From Octopus bimaculoides (taxonomy: Eukaryota): DNA of 64,000 nucleotides. Within the stretch, counting starts at the first letter, position 1. Every line of letters starts with the position of its first letter. This document shows, piece after piece, positions 25,550 through 37,376 of this stretch. Under the pieces are notes generated by a model, which saw only the letters and a list, made by a program, of their open reading frames with translations, had not been told where the DNA came from and ran no database searches. The position numbers and the translations under genes were made by a program. Location of the stretch: assembly GCF_001194135.2 (NCBI RefSeq), contig NC_068984.1, positions 40,154,852 through 40,218,851 of the forward strand, given 5' to 3'.

Positions 25550-26032
25550 GTGCGTGTGTGTGCGTCATATGTGTATGTGTGTGTGTGTGCATGCTTGTTT
25601 GAGTAAGTTTATGTTGTTTTATCTACACGTGTATTTTACTCACCTGGTTGTAAACAAGGACTTTGCTAACAATGTATTTTTGTAGTCCATTGTGAAACCA
25701 TGTCTGGGTTTGTTGATGTGTTGCATGATCTTTGTAAACAAAATGCTTGTTCTTACAATGGTGTTTGTGTTCAGTTCTCCATGTAAACACAACCAAGCTG
25801 TTTACTGGGAAATTTTTAGGGGTTGGTGATAGGAAAAGGCATCTAGTCATAGAATACTCTGTCCCAACATACCTTTATCTGAGGTATGCAAACATGGAAA
25901 AGTTGATATTAAAATGACAATGGTGATGATGCAATGGTGATATGTTTCATTGAATGGCTTTTCATGGTTATTGTTAAGTCAAAAACCAACTTGTCCTTCA
26001 TGCTTACTCATTTGCCAGCATGGGCACTTACA

Positions 26033-26091
<59 letters not shown>

Positions 26092-26182
26092 ATACACCAA
26101 ATATTTCAAACCCTGTATAAGGTTAGGTAGATAATCCACATGATGGATTTTTCTTTCTTTTTTTTTTTCATTTAGAAACTGT

Positions 26183-26403
26183 AACAAAGGAGTGCTGGAA
26201 AGTTCCTGGCTTTAAGGGTTTCGTGAAAGGCCCAGTTGGAGGCCCAACCTTCTGAGTTCTTTTACAGAGCTTAGAAAAACTGAAGGACTTCTGCAATAAG
26301 TGTGTGAATCTGAGAGAGGAATATGTTGAATAAAATCATAATTGACTGATCCTCCAGTATTTTTTTTTATTCAAAGCCAGGAGCTTTTCAGCACTCCTTT
26401 GTA
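26183..26403 (+). mobile_element. mariner-derived non-autonomous element (MITE)
   Basis: 29-bp TIRs at 26185-26213 and 26373-26401 (27/29 match), TA at the right end; interior encodes the mariner C-terminus LEKLKDFCNKCVNLREEYVE*. Confidence 0.85.
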
Positions 26404-26597
26404 ACTTATTCTATGTCTATATATGGTGGTATCATTAGTGAAGGGAAATTTTCTTGACTCTTGAGTCTCAAGAATTGTTTTACTGGAAATGAATATTTGT
26501 TGGCATATAATGTTAGGTATTTTGTAGTAAATAATATCATTATGGCTGATTTAAGTTTCATGTCCATAATGGCATTTAGATAACAGTAGGTGACTAT

Positions 26598-26860
26598 TGT
26601 CATCGTTAGGCCTAACTCATCATAAACCAAATACCACTATGAATAATATCCAAACTACAGTGGAAAAGGCAAGCCACTGGATTTGGTTAAAAAGAGATGA
26701 GTAATGGCTAGAAGAATATTGAGCAAAAGCTGATAACAGTTGATTTAGCAAGCAGGGCCTCATTTCAGTGAGTGGGGCTGGTGCGCTATGATGCTGTCGA
26801 GAGATATGCACTGAAATGGTATGCATTCTCTCCTGATAACCTCATAAACTTGCTAGCATC
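26598..26860 (+). mobile_element. 3' end of a HERO-like RLE non-LTR retrotransposon
   Basis: LSSLGLTHHKPNTTMNNIQTTVEKASHWIWLKRDE*W resembles the HERO C-terminal AE.AS.W.W.R motif. Confidence 0.6.
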
Positions 26861-26969
26861 CGGTATGTTGAGCTTTCAATTGGTAGCACTTGCATCTGCA
26901 AGTTGTTTGCAAAAAATCTAAACTGTTAATTAATTATATATAAAAAATGGTTTTTTCTTTCTTTTTAAG

Positions 26970-27069
26970 TGCCTGTACAAGTAATCATGAAATACTTCTC
27001 GGTGTATTATGGGAAGCAGTTGTACACAAATTAGCTTTAGTCCGTGTTGCTGCTGCACGATTGTTTGAG
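26970..27069 (+). CDS. RELCH: RELCH exon, phase 2 to 0
   Basis: ctttctttttaag|TGCCTGT...TTGTTTGAG|gtaagt; (S)ACTSNHEILLGVLWEAVVHKLALVRVAAARLFE, versus human HELLLTVLWYGVVHTSALVRCTAARMFE. Confidence 0.95.
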
Positions 27070-27688
27070 GTAAGTGATTTTTATTATTTGACAATTAGCA
27101 ATTTGGGAATTATTATACTTTTTATGTATGGTTTTGAAAGTTATTCTAGAGCGGAATGGCTTTGTTTTATGTTTGAACATTAATATTTATAGAATGATTG
27201 ACTTTGCTTTGATTTTGATAAAGTCCTCACTTCATGTTGTCTCATGTGACTGATATTTGTTTTCAAGTTTATAAAACTGAATGTTAAACATTTAGAACAT
27301 AAATGAGTGTTACAGGAAGAAAACAATAACACTGAAGTTAATATCCTGTCATTGTTTTGCCTTTAGACAGCCATGATCAAACAAAACTATGATCAAAGAC
27401 ATTCCACTCGTGAACATCCCATCTTTTATTTCAGATATGGTGTATCCAGCACTACATTATCTAATGTGTACTTTCCATTTTTGAAAGAGAGTATGGTTAT
27501 ATTTTAGAATTATGGCTGCTATTTCTAGCAGGTTATTTGATGTATGTGTGGCTGTTTGGTAAGCAGTTTATTTCCCAGTCAAATGGTTTAGGGTTCAGTT
27601 TGGGTGTGTGTGTGTGCGTGCGTGCGTGCGTGTGTGCGTGCATGTGTGTGTGTGTGTGTGTGTGCGTGCGTGCGTGCGTGTGTGCGTG

Positions 27689-27741
<53 letters not shown>

Positions 27742-28314
27742 TGATTTTGCATGACAGTTGCAAACAGCTGTCACCATCATGCAAGCAGTGTCCATTTCCA
27801 ATCTTCCATGAAAACATGTCTGGTGATAGTGAAATATAACCTTATTTGGAAACAGATAAGAGTTGGTGACAGGAAGGACATCCAGATGTAGAAAATTCTT
27901 TCTTAAATACTATCTGGCCTATGTAAGCATGGAAAAGTGGACATTAAAACAATGTTGATAATGACAGAAGTTCCTTCTTTGGCTTGTCTATTGATTATTG
28001 AGTCAAAGATGAAGTAGAAAAGGGGTGAATTGGTGAGTGCAACATAACATGATGGTCGTAGTTTTAGAAGAGCTCTTACATTATTTGTACTTATATATAT
28101 CTTTAAACATATTTTGTAAATTAAATCATTGGAGTAAAGTGTTGTTATGATAGTTTCACATAGTGTATTTATTCATAGCTTGGAGCCTGGAAACGACGCT
28201 TTTGTTTTCTTCATTCATCTATTCTTTATAAATTTAGATAATTACTTTATAACAAAAATGTGTGCAAATGAATGAATGCTGGGAAAGTAACACACTTGAA
28301 TAATGTGTTACTCA

Positions 28315-28446
<132 letters not shown>

Positions 28447-28597
28447 TGAATAGTAGTAGTAGTACTTTCTACTATAGGCACAAGGTCTGAAATTCTGGGA
28501 GGTGACATTGTTGATTGCATTGACCTCGGTACTCGAACCCAAAAGGATGAAAGGCAAAATTGACCTTAGCAGAATTTAAACTGAGAATGTAATGATT

Positions 28598-28795
28598 AGG
28601 GAGAGTAATCCACTGGGACTTATGTAGAAAGCTAGGATGTGACCATACTAACGAGGTATGAACATGGATCTAGTACAACATGGAAGTAAGCAATATAGGA
28701 TGATGTTAGATTTTAACATTCAGCCTAACAAAGTAATAGAAGCTAGAAGGCCTGATTGAGCAGTGGTAGTAGTAGTAGTGGTAGTAGTAGTAGTA

Positions 28796-28832
<37 letters not shown>

Positions 28833-29505
28833 ATAGTGAAGGTGTATGGCTTAGTGGTTAGGGTATTCGGCTCATGATTGTAAGGTTGTGAGTTCAATTC
28901 CCAGCGACACATTGTATCCTTGAGCAAGACACTTTATTTCTTGTTGCTCCAATCCACTTAATTGGCAAAATTGAGTAGTACCTGTATTTCAAAAGGCCAG
29001 CCTTGTCACATTCTGTGTCAGACTGAATCTCCTTGAGAACTACATTAAGGGTACACATGTCTGTGGAGCGCTCGGCCACATGCACATTAATTTCACAAGC
29101 AGGCTGTTACATTGATTAGATCAACTGGAACCCTCATTGTCGTAACTGACAGAGTGCCAGCAGTGGACAAAGAGAATAGAAAGTGTAAGGCGATTGACTT
29201 TACAGTTCCAAATGATGACAAAGTTAATATGAGAGGTATGGAGTAAATAGCGAAATATCAGGACCTAGCCATTTAATTACGGAGGCTAGAAATGTAATCT
29301 CTGTACTTATAGGTGCTTTAATTTACCTGCTGGTAAAATTTTACCTGCAGATAAAATGTATCCCTGTACTTATAGGTGCATTGATTTATTCCTAAAGATT
29401 TGAACTGATGGGTAGAGGAAATAGGCATAAAACCTTATTTAGTGCAGCTCCAGAAAACAGTATTATTAGGGACAGCTAGGATACTTAGGAAGGTTCTTGG
29501 TATCT
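28598..29505 (+). mobile_element. R4/Dong-like RLE non-LTR retrotransposon C-terminal fragment, interrupted by a SINE
   Basis: RVIHWDLCRKLGCDH...LDFNIQPNKVIEARRPD [insertion] VDKENRKCKAIDFTVPND...KYQDLA...IPVLIGAL...IGIKPYLVQLQKTVLLGTARILRKVLGI*. Confidence 0.8.
28767..29158 (+). mobile_element. (TAG)n tract plus full tRNA-derived SINE family 4, flanked by TSD AGCAGTGG
   Basis: AGCAGTGG at 28759-28766 and 29159-29166; tRNA-like head tggcttagtggttagg...gagttcaattccc; inverse copy at 59578-59905. Confidence 0.85.
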
Positions 29506-30828
29506 AAGGTTATGTGTTGTAGCCCAATATTAGGAATACAGAAAATATTCATGTCACAATGTTGTAACTTTCAACCATATCTGCAGATTTTTTTGATGGT
29601 CTCTCTCATTTTCATTTTCTCTTCTGTTTTTAAACATGTTCTCTTATCTGTTGTAAATTCTCTTTTATACATATTTTCCCTTCTCAGTTGCTGCTCCTAT
29701 GCTTGCTGTAGTGATTCAACCCTAAGCTTCTCTTTATGCCATTGCCTTTACTATCTCATTCTGTCTCTTGTTAGTTGAAGTCATCTGTCATCCATATTTT
29801 ATAAACAAATATCAATTTTCAAGTGACCTGACAATAAATGATTGCATTTATGTGCATGTGTTAAATGATGGGTAATATAAAAAATTTAGTTCAATAAAAA
29901 TAAAATTACACTTTTCATTATCCACTCACCACTGTCACCACCACCACCACCACCAGTAGTAGCAGCAGCATTATAGTTTTCAGTAACAAAGCTCAATCTA
30001 AGTTGTTTGCCAATCAAGATTATTTTTATTTCATTTCATTTCTGTTCAATTATTTGTTTCATAGTTACTTTGCTTGCTGTTAATGTATCTACCTAGTCTG
30101 ACAATACAAAGTTCGAATAACAAATTTAAAAAAAAAAGATAACATCCTCAGCAGTTTTGCTAAGTTATTTCACTTTCATTGAAAAATCTTTCTATCTATG
30201 ATAAGTTTATTATTATATCTAGTATAAGCCTTCTTTCTTCTGTTCAGCCATTGATGTATTTGTCAATGTGGATAAATAGATAAATAGATTGACAGTAGAT
30301 ATAAAAAACTGAATATTAAAATGCTATATTCTTCTTGTCAGTTGCAATAATATATGATGTTTAAAATTTTCCTGTTAAACACTTTATATTTCTCTCTTTT
30401 TCTCTCTACTTCTTACTTCAGTAAACTTTTTAACTATGTCATTCTCCTCTTCACATCATTATCATTTCTCTCTTTCTCTTCACCTCTCACTTCTCCTTAC
30501 CACATGACAGCGTACTGCATTGGCTGGCATAGCATCACTACTCTGTTTCTGCCTCTCACTCACTATATAACTGCCCTCCCCTCTCTCCCTATTTGTGTAT
30601 CTTTAACTTCACCACTTCAACATCATCCCTCTACTAAACATTGTATTTCTGACTCTATTTCTCTATATCTCTCCCTTCAACTATGTAATGACTATTACTC
30701 CTCCCCTCACATCATTAACACTTCTCTCCCATTCTTTCTCTCTCACTCTTTGTCTCTCCTTTCTACTAACCATGTGATAGCTTAATGCATTCATCCTTAG
30801 TGTATCAATATGTAGATGATGATAAAGT

Positions 30829-31282
30829 GGCGAGCTGGCAGAAATGTTAACATGCTGGGCGAAATGCTTAGCGATATTTTGTCTGCCTTTATGTTCTGAG
30901 TTCAAATTCCACCAAGGTCGACTTTACCTTTCATCCTTTCGGGGCCCGATAAATTAAGTACCAGTTGCATGCTGGGGTCAATCTAATTGACTGCCCCCCC
31001 CTCCCCCAAAAGTTCGAGCCTTGTGCTTAGAGTAGAAAAGAATATGTAGATGACGATGATAATGATGATGATCCTTTCTACTATAGGCACAAAGCCCGAA
31101 ATTTTGTGGGAGGGAGCTAATTGATTACATTGACCCCAGTGCTTATCTGGTACTTATTTTATTGACCCTGAAAGTCTGAAAGGCAAAGCTGACCTCCGCA
31201 AATTTTGAACTCAGAATGTTAAGATTACTGAAATGCCACTAAGCATTTTGTTTGGCATGCTAAGGGCTCTGCTAGTTCACCA
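30829..31282. mobile_element. two family-2 SINEs tail-to-tail (+ 30829-31043, - 31071-31282)
   Basis: both match family 2, in opposite orientation, about 27 nt apart. Confidence 0.88.
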
Positions 31283-32054
31283 CCTTAATATTACTACTAA
31301 TAATAATAACAAAAATAATAAATTTGAATAATACTTTTGCATGAATACTAAAATATTTATTCATTTGAACAATGCATTGCTCATACGCATACAGAAATAC
31401 ACGTATGTATGTATGTATGTATGTATGTATTTATGTATGTATACATAATGTGTGTGTACACATTATGTATGTATACATAATGTGTGTGTGTACATGTATG
31501 TATGTATATATATTTATGAATACAGGAAGAACAATAGATTTGGAATTTAAAGTCCAAATGTTATTTTGTTTTTCACTGATGTATTGAAGACTTAATTAAT
31601 GTTGGCAGTAGACATCCTTGACAATATAGTGATTAGTTTGAATTGCTTGGAAGACATCTAGTGACTTTCTTGTTTGATTATCAAAAGACAGGTTGTAAGA
31701 TGTATGTCGGAACTGTTGTTAGTTCATGATTCAAACGAAAATGTTCAGTTACAAGGGAAGACTGAATTTAGATGAATAAAGAAATTGATAGTGACTTATA
31801 GACATAAGAAGCTATTTAAGGAGAGAATACTTAAGTGTTATGAACTCATATTAGAAGATATATGAGTTTGTAGTAAAAGCTAGCCAAAACTGAAGTAGCT
31901 CAAACAAAAATGAAATTAAATGGTTAGATCTAAAAGAGTTTGCTTCTATATAGCAACAATGGTGGAGGTGGTGGTGGTATTTCAGCAAACATTTTCAAAC
32001 CATAACATAATGGTGATACTGATTTTGTTGTAAAAATCTTGATAGTATAAAGGT

Positions 32055-32445
32055 GCAAGCATGCCTGTGTGGTTAAGAATCTCACTTTACAATAACATAG
32101 TTGTGTGTTCCGTCCCACTGTGTGGCACCTTGGGCAAGTGTTTTTTACTGTAGCCCTGGACTAATCAATGCTTTGTGAGTGAATTTGATTAATGGTAACT
32201 GTGTGGCAGTCCACATATGTACATATGTGTCTTTGTGTTTGTCCCCCCCCTCCCCCATCGCTTGTCACTTGGTATTGGTCATTTTATATGTTTACAATGT
32301 ATCTTAGTGGTTCAGCAGATAAGAGCAATAGAATAAGTACCAGATTTTGAAATAAGCTCGTGTTGGACTTGTTGGATCTGTGTTGGATTTGTATGATTAA
32401 ATCTTTCAAGGCAGTGCCTCAGTATGACTTCAGTTTGATGACTGA
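32055..32445 (+). mobile_element. tRNA-derived SINE family 1 (older copy)
   Basis: gcatgcctgtgtggttaag...gtcccactgtgtggcaccttgggcaagtg...gaataagtacc. Confidence 0.75.
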
Positions 32446-32647
32446 GATCTTACTAGTTTTATGAAATGCAAGTATGGAAAAGGAAATACTATGTTTTCTC
32501 ACCAGATTTTGTAACATTGTTAGAAAAATGAGTCTCATAGCACTAGTAGTTACCTTTCTGCTTATTCACCTTATCATTTAAAGTCATGAGCTGGCAGAAT
32601 CGTTAGCACACTGGATGAAATGCTTAGCAGTATTTTGCCTGTCACTG

Positions 32648-32652
<5 letters not shown>

Positions 32653-32699
<47 letters not shown>

Positions 32700-33380
32700 T
32701 TAGTGTCCGTTGTCCATAGGTTGGATGATACGACCAAGGCTGGCAAGCTGGAAGGCTGTACCAGACCCCAGTCTGATTTGGCATGGTTTCTACAGCTGGA
32801 TGCCCTTCCTAACACCAACCATTCTGAGAGTAATGGGTGCTTTTACTTGCCACTGACATGGGTGCCATTTGCATGACACTGGTATCTGCCATGGCTGTGA
32901 TTTTACTTGGTTTGATGGGTCTTCTCAAGCATGACATAATGTCAAAGGTCTCGGTCATTGCCTCTGTGAGACCCAACATTTGAAAGGAGCTTTACACATG
33001 CCTTTGGTATCAGCCACTTTGCCTCCATGAGGCCCAGTGCTTCAAAGGCAATTTTTATGTGCCACCGAGATGGGTGCTTGTTACGTGACATCAGCATCAG
33101 ACATGACTACGATTTCACTTGATTTGACGGGTCTTCTTGAGCAGAGCATATTGCCAAAGGTAAGAGTCATCGCCTCTGTGAGGCCCAAAGTTCGAAGCTG
33201 ATGCTTCACCACCTCGTCACATGTCTTCCTGGGTCTACCTCTGCCACAGGTTCCCTCTACAGTTAGAGGTCAGCACTTTTTTACACAGCTGTCCTCATCC
33301 ATATGCATCTCATGACCATACTAGCACATTCGTCTCTCTTACACACCACATCAAATGCCTCTTATGCTCAACTTTTCTCT
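32653..33380 (-). mobile_element. 5'-truncated RTE LINE (ORF2 end, 3' UTR, (GAT)n tail) inserted into a family-2 SINE (32588-32652 and 33389-33505)
   Basis: minus strand encodes ...EGTCGRGRPRKTC...LRTLGLTEAM; homologous to 37377-38100; the SINE halves join at gttc|tgagtt. Confidence 0.85.
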
Positions 33381-35163
33381 TTTTTTTTCTGAGTTAAAAA
33401 TCTTCCAATGTCGACTTTGCCTTTCATCCTTTCGGGGTTGAAGTAATCGACTTGCCCTTCCTCACAAAATTCAGGCCTTGTGCCTATAGCAGAAAGGATT
33501 ATTATATTAATTAATCCCTATCTGCACTCTGAGAATGGAAGTATTTACAATGGGAATGGAATTGTTGTACAACACTTACTTCTGAATCCTATGAATTGGT
33601 TTTCTCTAATATCTTCAGCCCTTTAAACCTTTGCCTGTCCAAAGGATTTTCATAAGTTTGCCTTAAATGTCCATGCCTGTTTTCAGACTTTTAGTTAGCC
33701 CTTGTTACATAGGTTCTGAGTAATATAAAGTTTCCTTTCATAAGTTCCAAATTACTTCGTTGGTTGAAAAAAATTGGGAATCTGTTTCAAATATGATGTG
33801 TGGATGCCAAAGAAAAATCATGTGTTAATAGAATTTATTTATTTTTATGCTAGACATAATGTGGTTTGTAAATGAGTGCTTGCAATGTTAAAGGTATATA
33901 TATTCATGGAAGGAAGTAATATTTCAATAGATTATATGAATGTATAGTATATAAATAGATTGATAGAAGTAATGAGTAGAGAATTTGATTATACAGAGGT
34001 AAAATATGTCCAGATTTTATGAGGCATGGCTGTGTGGTAAGAGGTTATGTTTCTACTATAACCTTGGGCTGACTAAAGTCTTGTGAGTGGATTTGATAGA
34101 TGGAAACTGAAAAAAGCCAATCATATATAAAGGAGTGTGTGTGTCTCCTTGCCTTGGCATCAAGTGAAAATATGTGGTCATGGAGAAATATTACCTTACT
34201 TGGAAATAGGTGAGAGTTGGTGATAGAAAAGGCATCTGGCCATGGAAAATCTGCCACCACAAATTCTGTCCAATCCATGCAAGCATGAAAAAGTGGACCT
34301 TAAAAGGATGATAATGACTGATAACGATTTTATGAATACAAGGATTAGCTATTATGTGGTGCATATTAATTAAAAAGTAAATATGTGTTATTATATACTT
34401 AATTTTACCAAGTTTTCCTTTGTCAGCCAAAAGGTTTATTCTCAATTATACCATCTATTTTCTAAATTATATTGTAATATATTTAATTTACCAAATATAT
34501 CTGCAGAAACATTTTGAAATAACTGTATTAAGTAACAATAAAGTCAATTAGTTCTACTAATAATAAGTAATAATCTTCACTAAAATTTTGATAATTCTGA
34601 AAATAAAAGTTTTATTTCCATCTATCCAGTCATGCCTGATTAAAAGCTATGAAAATACCTTTGTCTTATTTTCTAAACTGACTGGTGTTTTCACAGTCTT
34701 TTATCTCTACATCATTCACTTAGCCTTGATCTTTTTTTCTTCTGCTGCTATTACCATGCAATTGATGGCAGTTAACCTTTCTTTCTTTTTTTTTTTCATT
34801 CAGTTTTTATACTTGTCTTGTATGCTATGCATTTTGCTAAATTTAAATTGCTGTCCCTTTTATATAACACTCACATTGAACACCAGTAACTATGTTTGTA
34901 CTTTTTTACATACACAGTTGGTGTGGAATTACTGTCTTTTGTGCACACCAGCTAGTGTGAAATTGCTTTCTTTGTTTGCATCAGGTTCTATGACCAGCTG
35001 CAGACAAGTCTCTTATCCCTTCATAATGCTTTTTGAATGGTTCCTCTTTGAATTGCTCCCTTCCCTTACAGTAGTTATAAACCAAGAAAAAAAAAGTAAA
35101 TAAAAGATCTAAATTATATATATATATATATATATTTTTATATTTTTCTTATATATTTTCCAG

Positions 35164-35246
35164 TTACTTATTCAGGGTGTCAGTGAAACTTTAATATCAA
35201 CCCGCGTTGTTCCAGGACTCGTTACTTTGGCAAATGACCCAGAGGT
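35164..35246 (+). CDS. RELCH: RELCH exon, phase 0 to 2
   Basis: ttttccag|TTACTTATT...CCAGAGGT|gtaagt; LLIQGVSETLISTRVVPGLVTLANDPE(V), versus human LLVKGVNETLVAQRVVPALITLSSDPEI. Confidence 0.95.
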
Positions 35247-36540
35247 GTAAGTTCATGTTTTTCATTGTTAGTTTTTATATACATCATGTGCTGCACATGA
35301 CACATTTAGATATAGAATCATAAATTTATACACCATCATATACTTGAAGTTGGAAAGGTAGAAGCAGAAAGAGTAAGGGAGAGGGGAAAATAGAGGAAAA
35401 GAAATCCAGCATGATTATAAATTTGTTTTATCAGTCATTATTTTGTATTTTATTATTCAATGAAGCCTTTGATTCTCATTTCTCAATTAGCTTGCTGAAA
35501 TAGTTTAAAATTAGCAAGCATTTTTAAATGAAGGTAATAAAAATTAAAAATTTTCTTCTACATATATGTGTGTTTGTGTGTGTTTAGAAACATTGTCAAA
35601 CACGATGCTAACATCATCACAATAATTGTTACTGCCATTATCCTCAATATTCTCATCAACAATAATCTATTTCTTTTCCAATACTAGCATGAAGCTTCCT
35701 GGTTCATGCCAGCATCAAGCCTCTATAACAGAACTGATTAAGTTATGCCAGAATGGAGAAAAACAAATGTGTGGATGGTATTGATGTTGAAGATAGCAGT
35801 GGAGGTGTAGGGGAAGGTTAGGAGAAAGATAAGTTAAATATAAAATAAATTTGATGACAAATACAAAAATATCATTATAAAACCCTGAAAATAATTTGTG
35901 TGTGTGCGTGTGCATACATGCATGTGTGTGTGCATACATGCATGCATGTGTGTGTGCATACATGCATGTGTGTGTTTGTGTTTGAGGGTATTATAGTACT
36001 GTGTTAGTGTGTTTCTGGATATGTAAATAGACTTACATATGCATGTAAGTGTACATTTAGCCTTACAGTGGTTGAACCATTGAACTCTTTCTGTAAAATG
36101 GATGGAAAGACATGAGCTGCTCATCAGGACAGTTTTACTTTATCAGTGAGAGAGAGAGAGAGGTGGGAGGAAAGCATAGCTTACAGCTACTTATGAAAAA
36201 TGCGAAGAATTTTTTTATTTTTGACATTTGCATATCTGTCGCCATTGAGGATGAATTAATGCCACTTAGATATAATGGCCTTTCAACTGCATTGAACAAT
36301 CCGTTATGTGTACTGACTACTAGTGAAACTAGCCAAGTTGTCCATCACTACATTCTGCAGAAAGAGCCAGCAAGACTAAATGTACATCAATTAAACAGAT
36401 GCATGTAAACTCACTTAATGATATTATCCACAAAAACATTGACTTGGTACTTTGGTTAAGTTATCTACAACAGCAATGAATGTACAGATATGCAAAATAC
36501 CCGTTGTTCATTGCATGTTTCATAAGTAGTTGCGCTTATT

Positions 36541-36725
36541 CTCTCTCTCTCTGTCTCTCCCTCTCTGCCTCTGTCTCTCCCTCTCTGCCTCTGTCTCTCC
36601 CTCTCTGCCTCTGTCTCTCCCTCTCTGCCTCTGTCTCTCCCTCACTGCCTCTGTCTCTCCATCTCTGCCTCTGTCTCTCCCTCTCTGCCTCTGTCTCTCC
36701 CTCTCCGCCTCTGTCTCTCCTTCTC
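36541..36725. repeat. 20-bp pyrimidine minisatellite (CTCTCTGCCTCTGTCTCTCC), 8 full units plus a partial
   Basis: direct reading, period 20 from 36561 to 36720. Confidence 0.95.
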
Positions 36726-37376
36726 CCTATGTGTGTGTGTGTAATATATGTGTATGTGTGTGTGTGTGTAATATGTGTGTGTGTGTGTGTGTGTATGAAT
36801 GTGTGAATATATGTGTATATGTATGATTGTATGCATGTCTCTCTCAGTATAAAAGTGTGTGTGTGTGTATATGTATGTTTATATGCATGCATATCTCTCT
36901 CTCCCTTTCTACAAGTATATACATATATGTGTATATGTGTGTGTGTATATATTTGTGTGATAAGGTTTATTGATCATGACATATAACCAATATTTAAAAC
37001 TCCATGCATTTGGTTCTAATCTATATCCTACTTTGCCAAGTATTTTAAGCATCTCAATGACTATCCCATATAGGCCAGCCATTTTTTTTCTGCCTTCATA
37101 TTCTTAATCATCCTATGTACTATACTGCTGTCAACATGAATAGCTTCTATTGACTCTACTTGGAATAGACCCTCTTTCTTGAGCATTCTCCACATTCAAC
37201 AGCCTTTCATGGCTTTCTTTTCAACATCATTGAGTGCAAGTATGCTGTTATCATTCTATATACTTGTGTATATCTGTGTGTGTATATGTGTGTGCATGCG
37301 TGTATGTGTGCGTGTATACACACACACATGCACATGTATGTATGCATGTATGTATGTAAGTATGTGTGTGTGTGTG

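Noticed and set aside
28838-28912. tRNA gene (also heads at 51521, 14006, 30829)
   Set aside because: A/B-box heads continue directly into repeated SINE bodies, and no complete cloverleaf is evident.
36480-36892. ORFs rich in LSL, ERE, THTH, CVCV or YIYI (here and throughout)
   Set aside because: Microsatellite and minisatellite translations.
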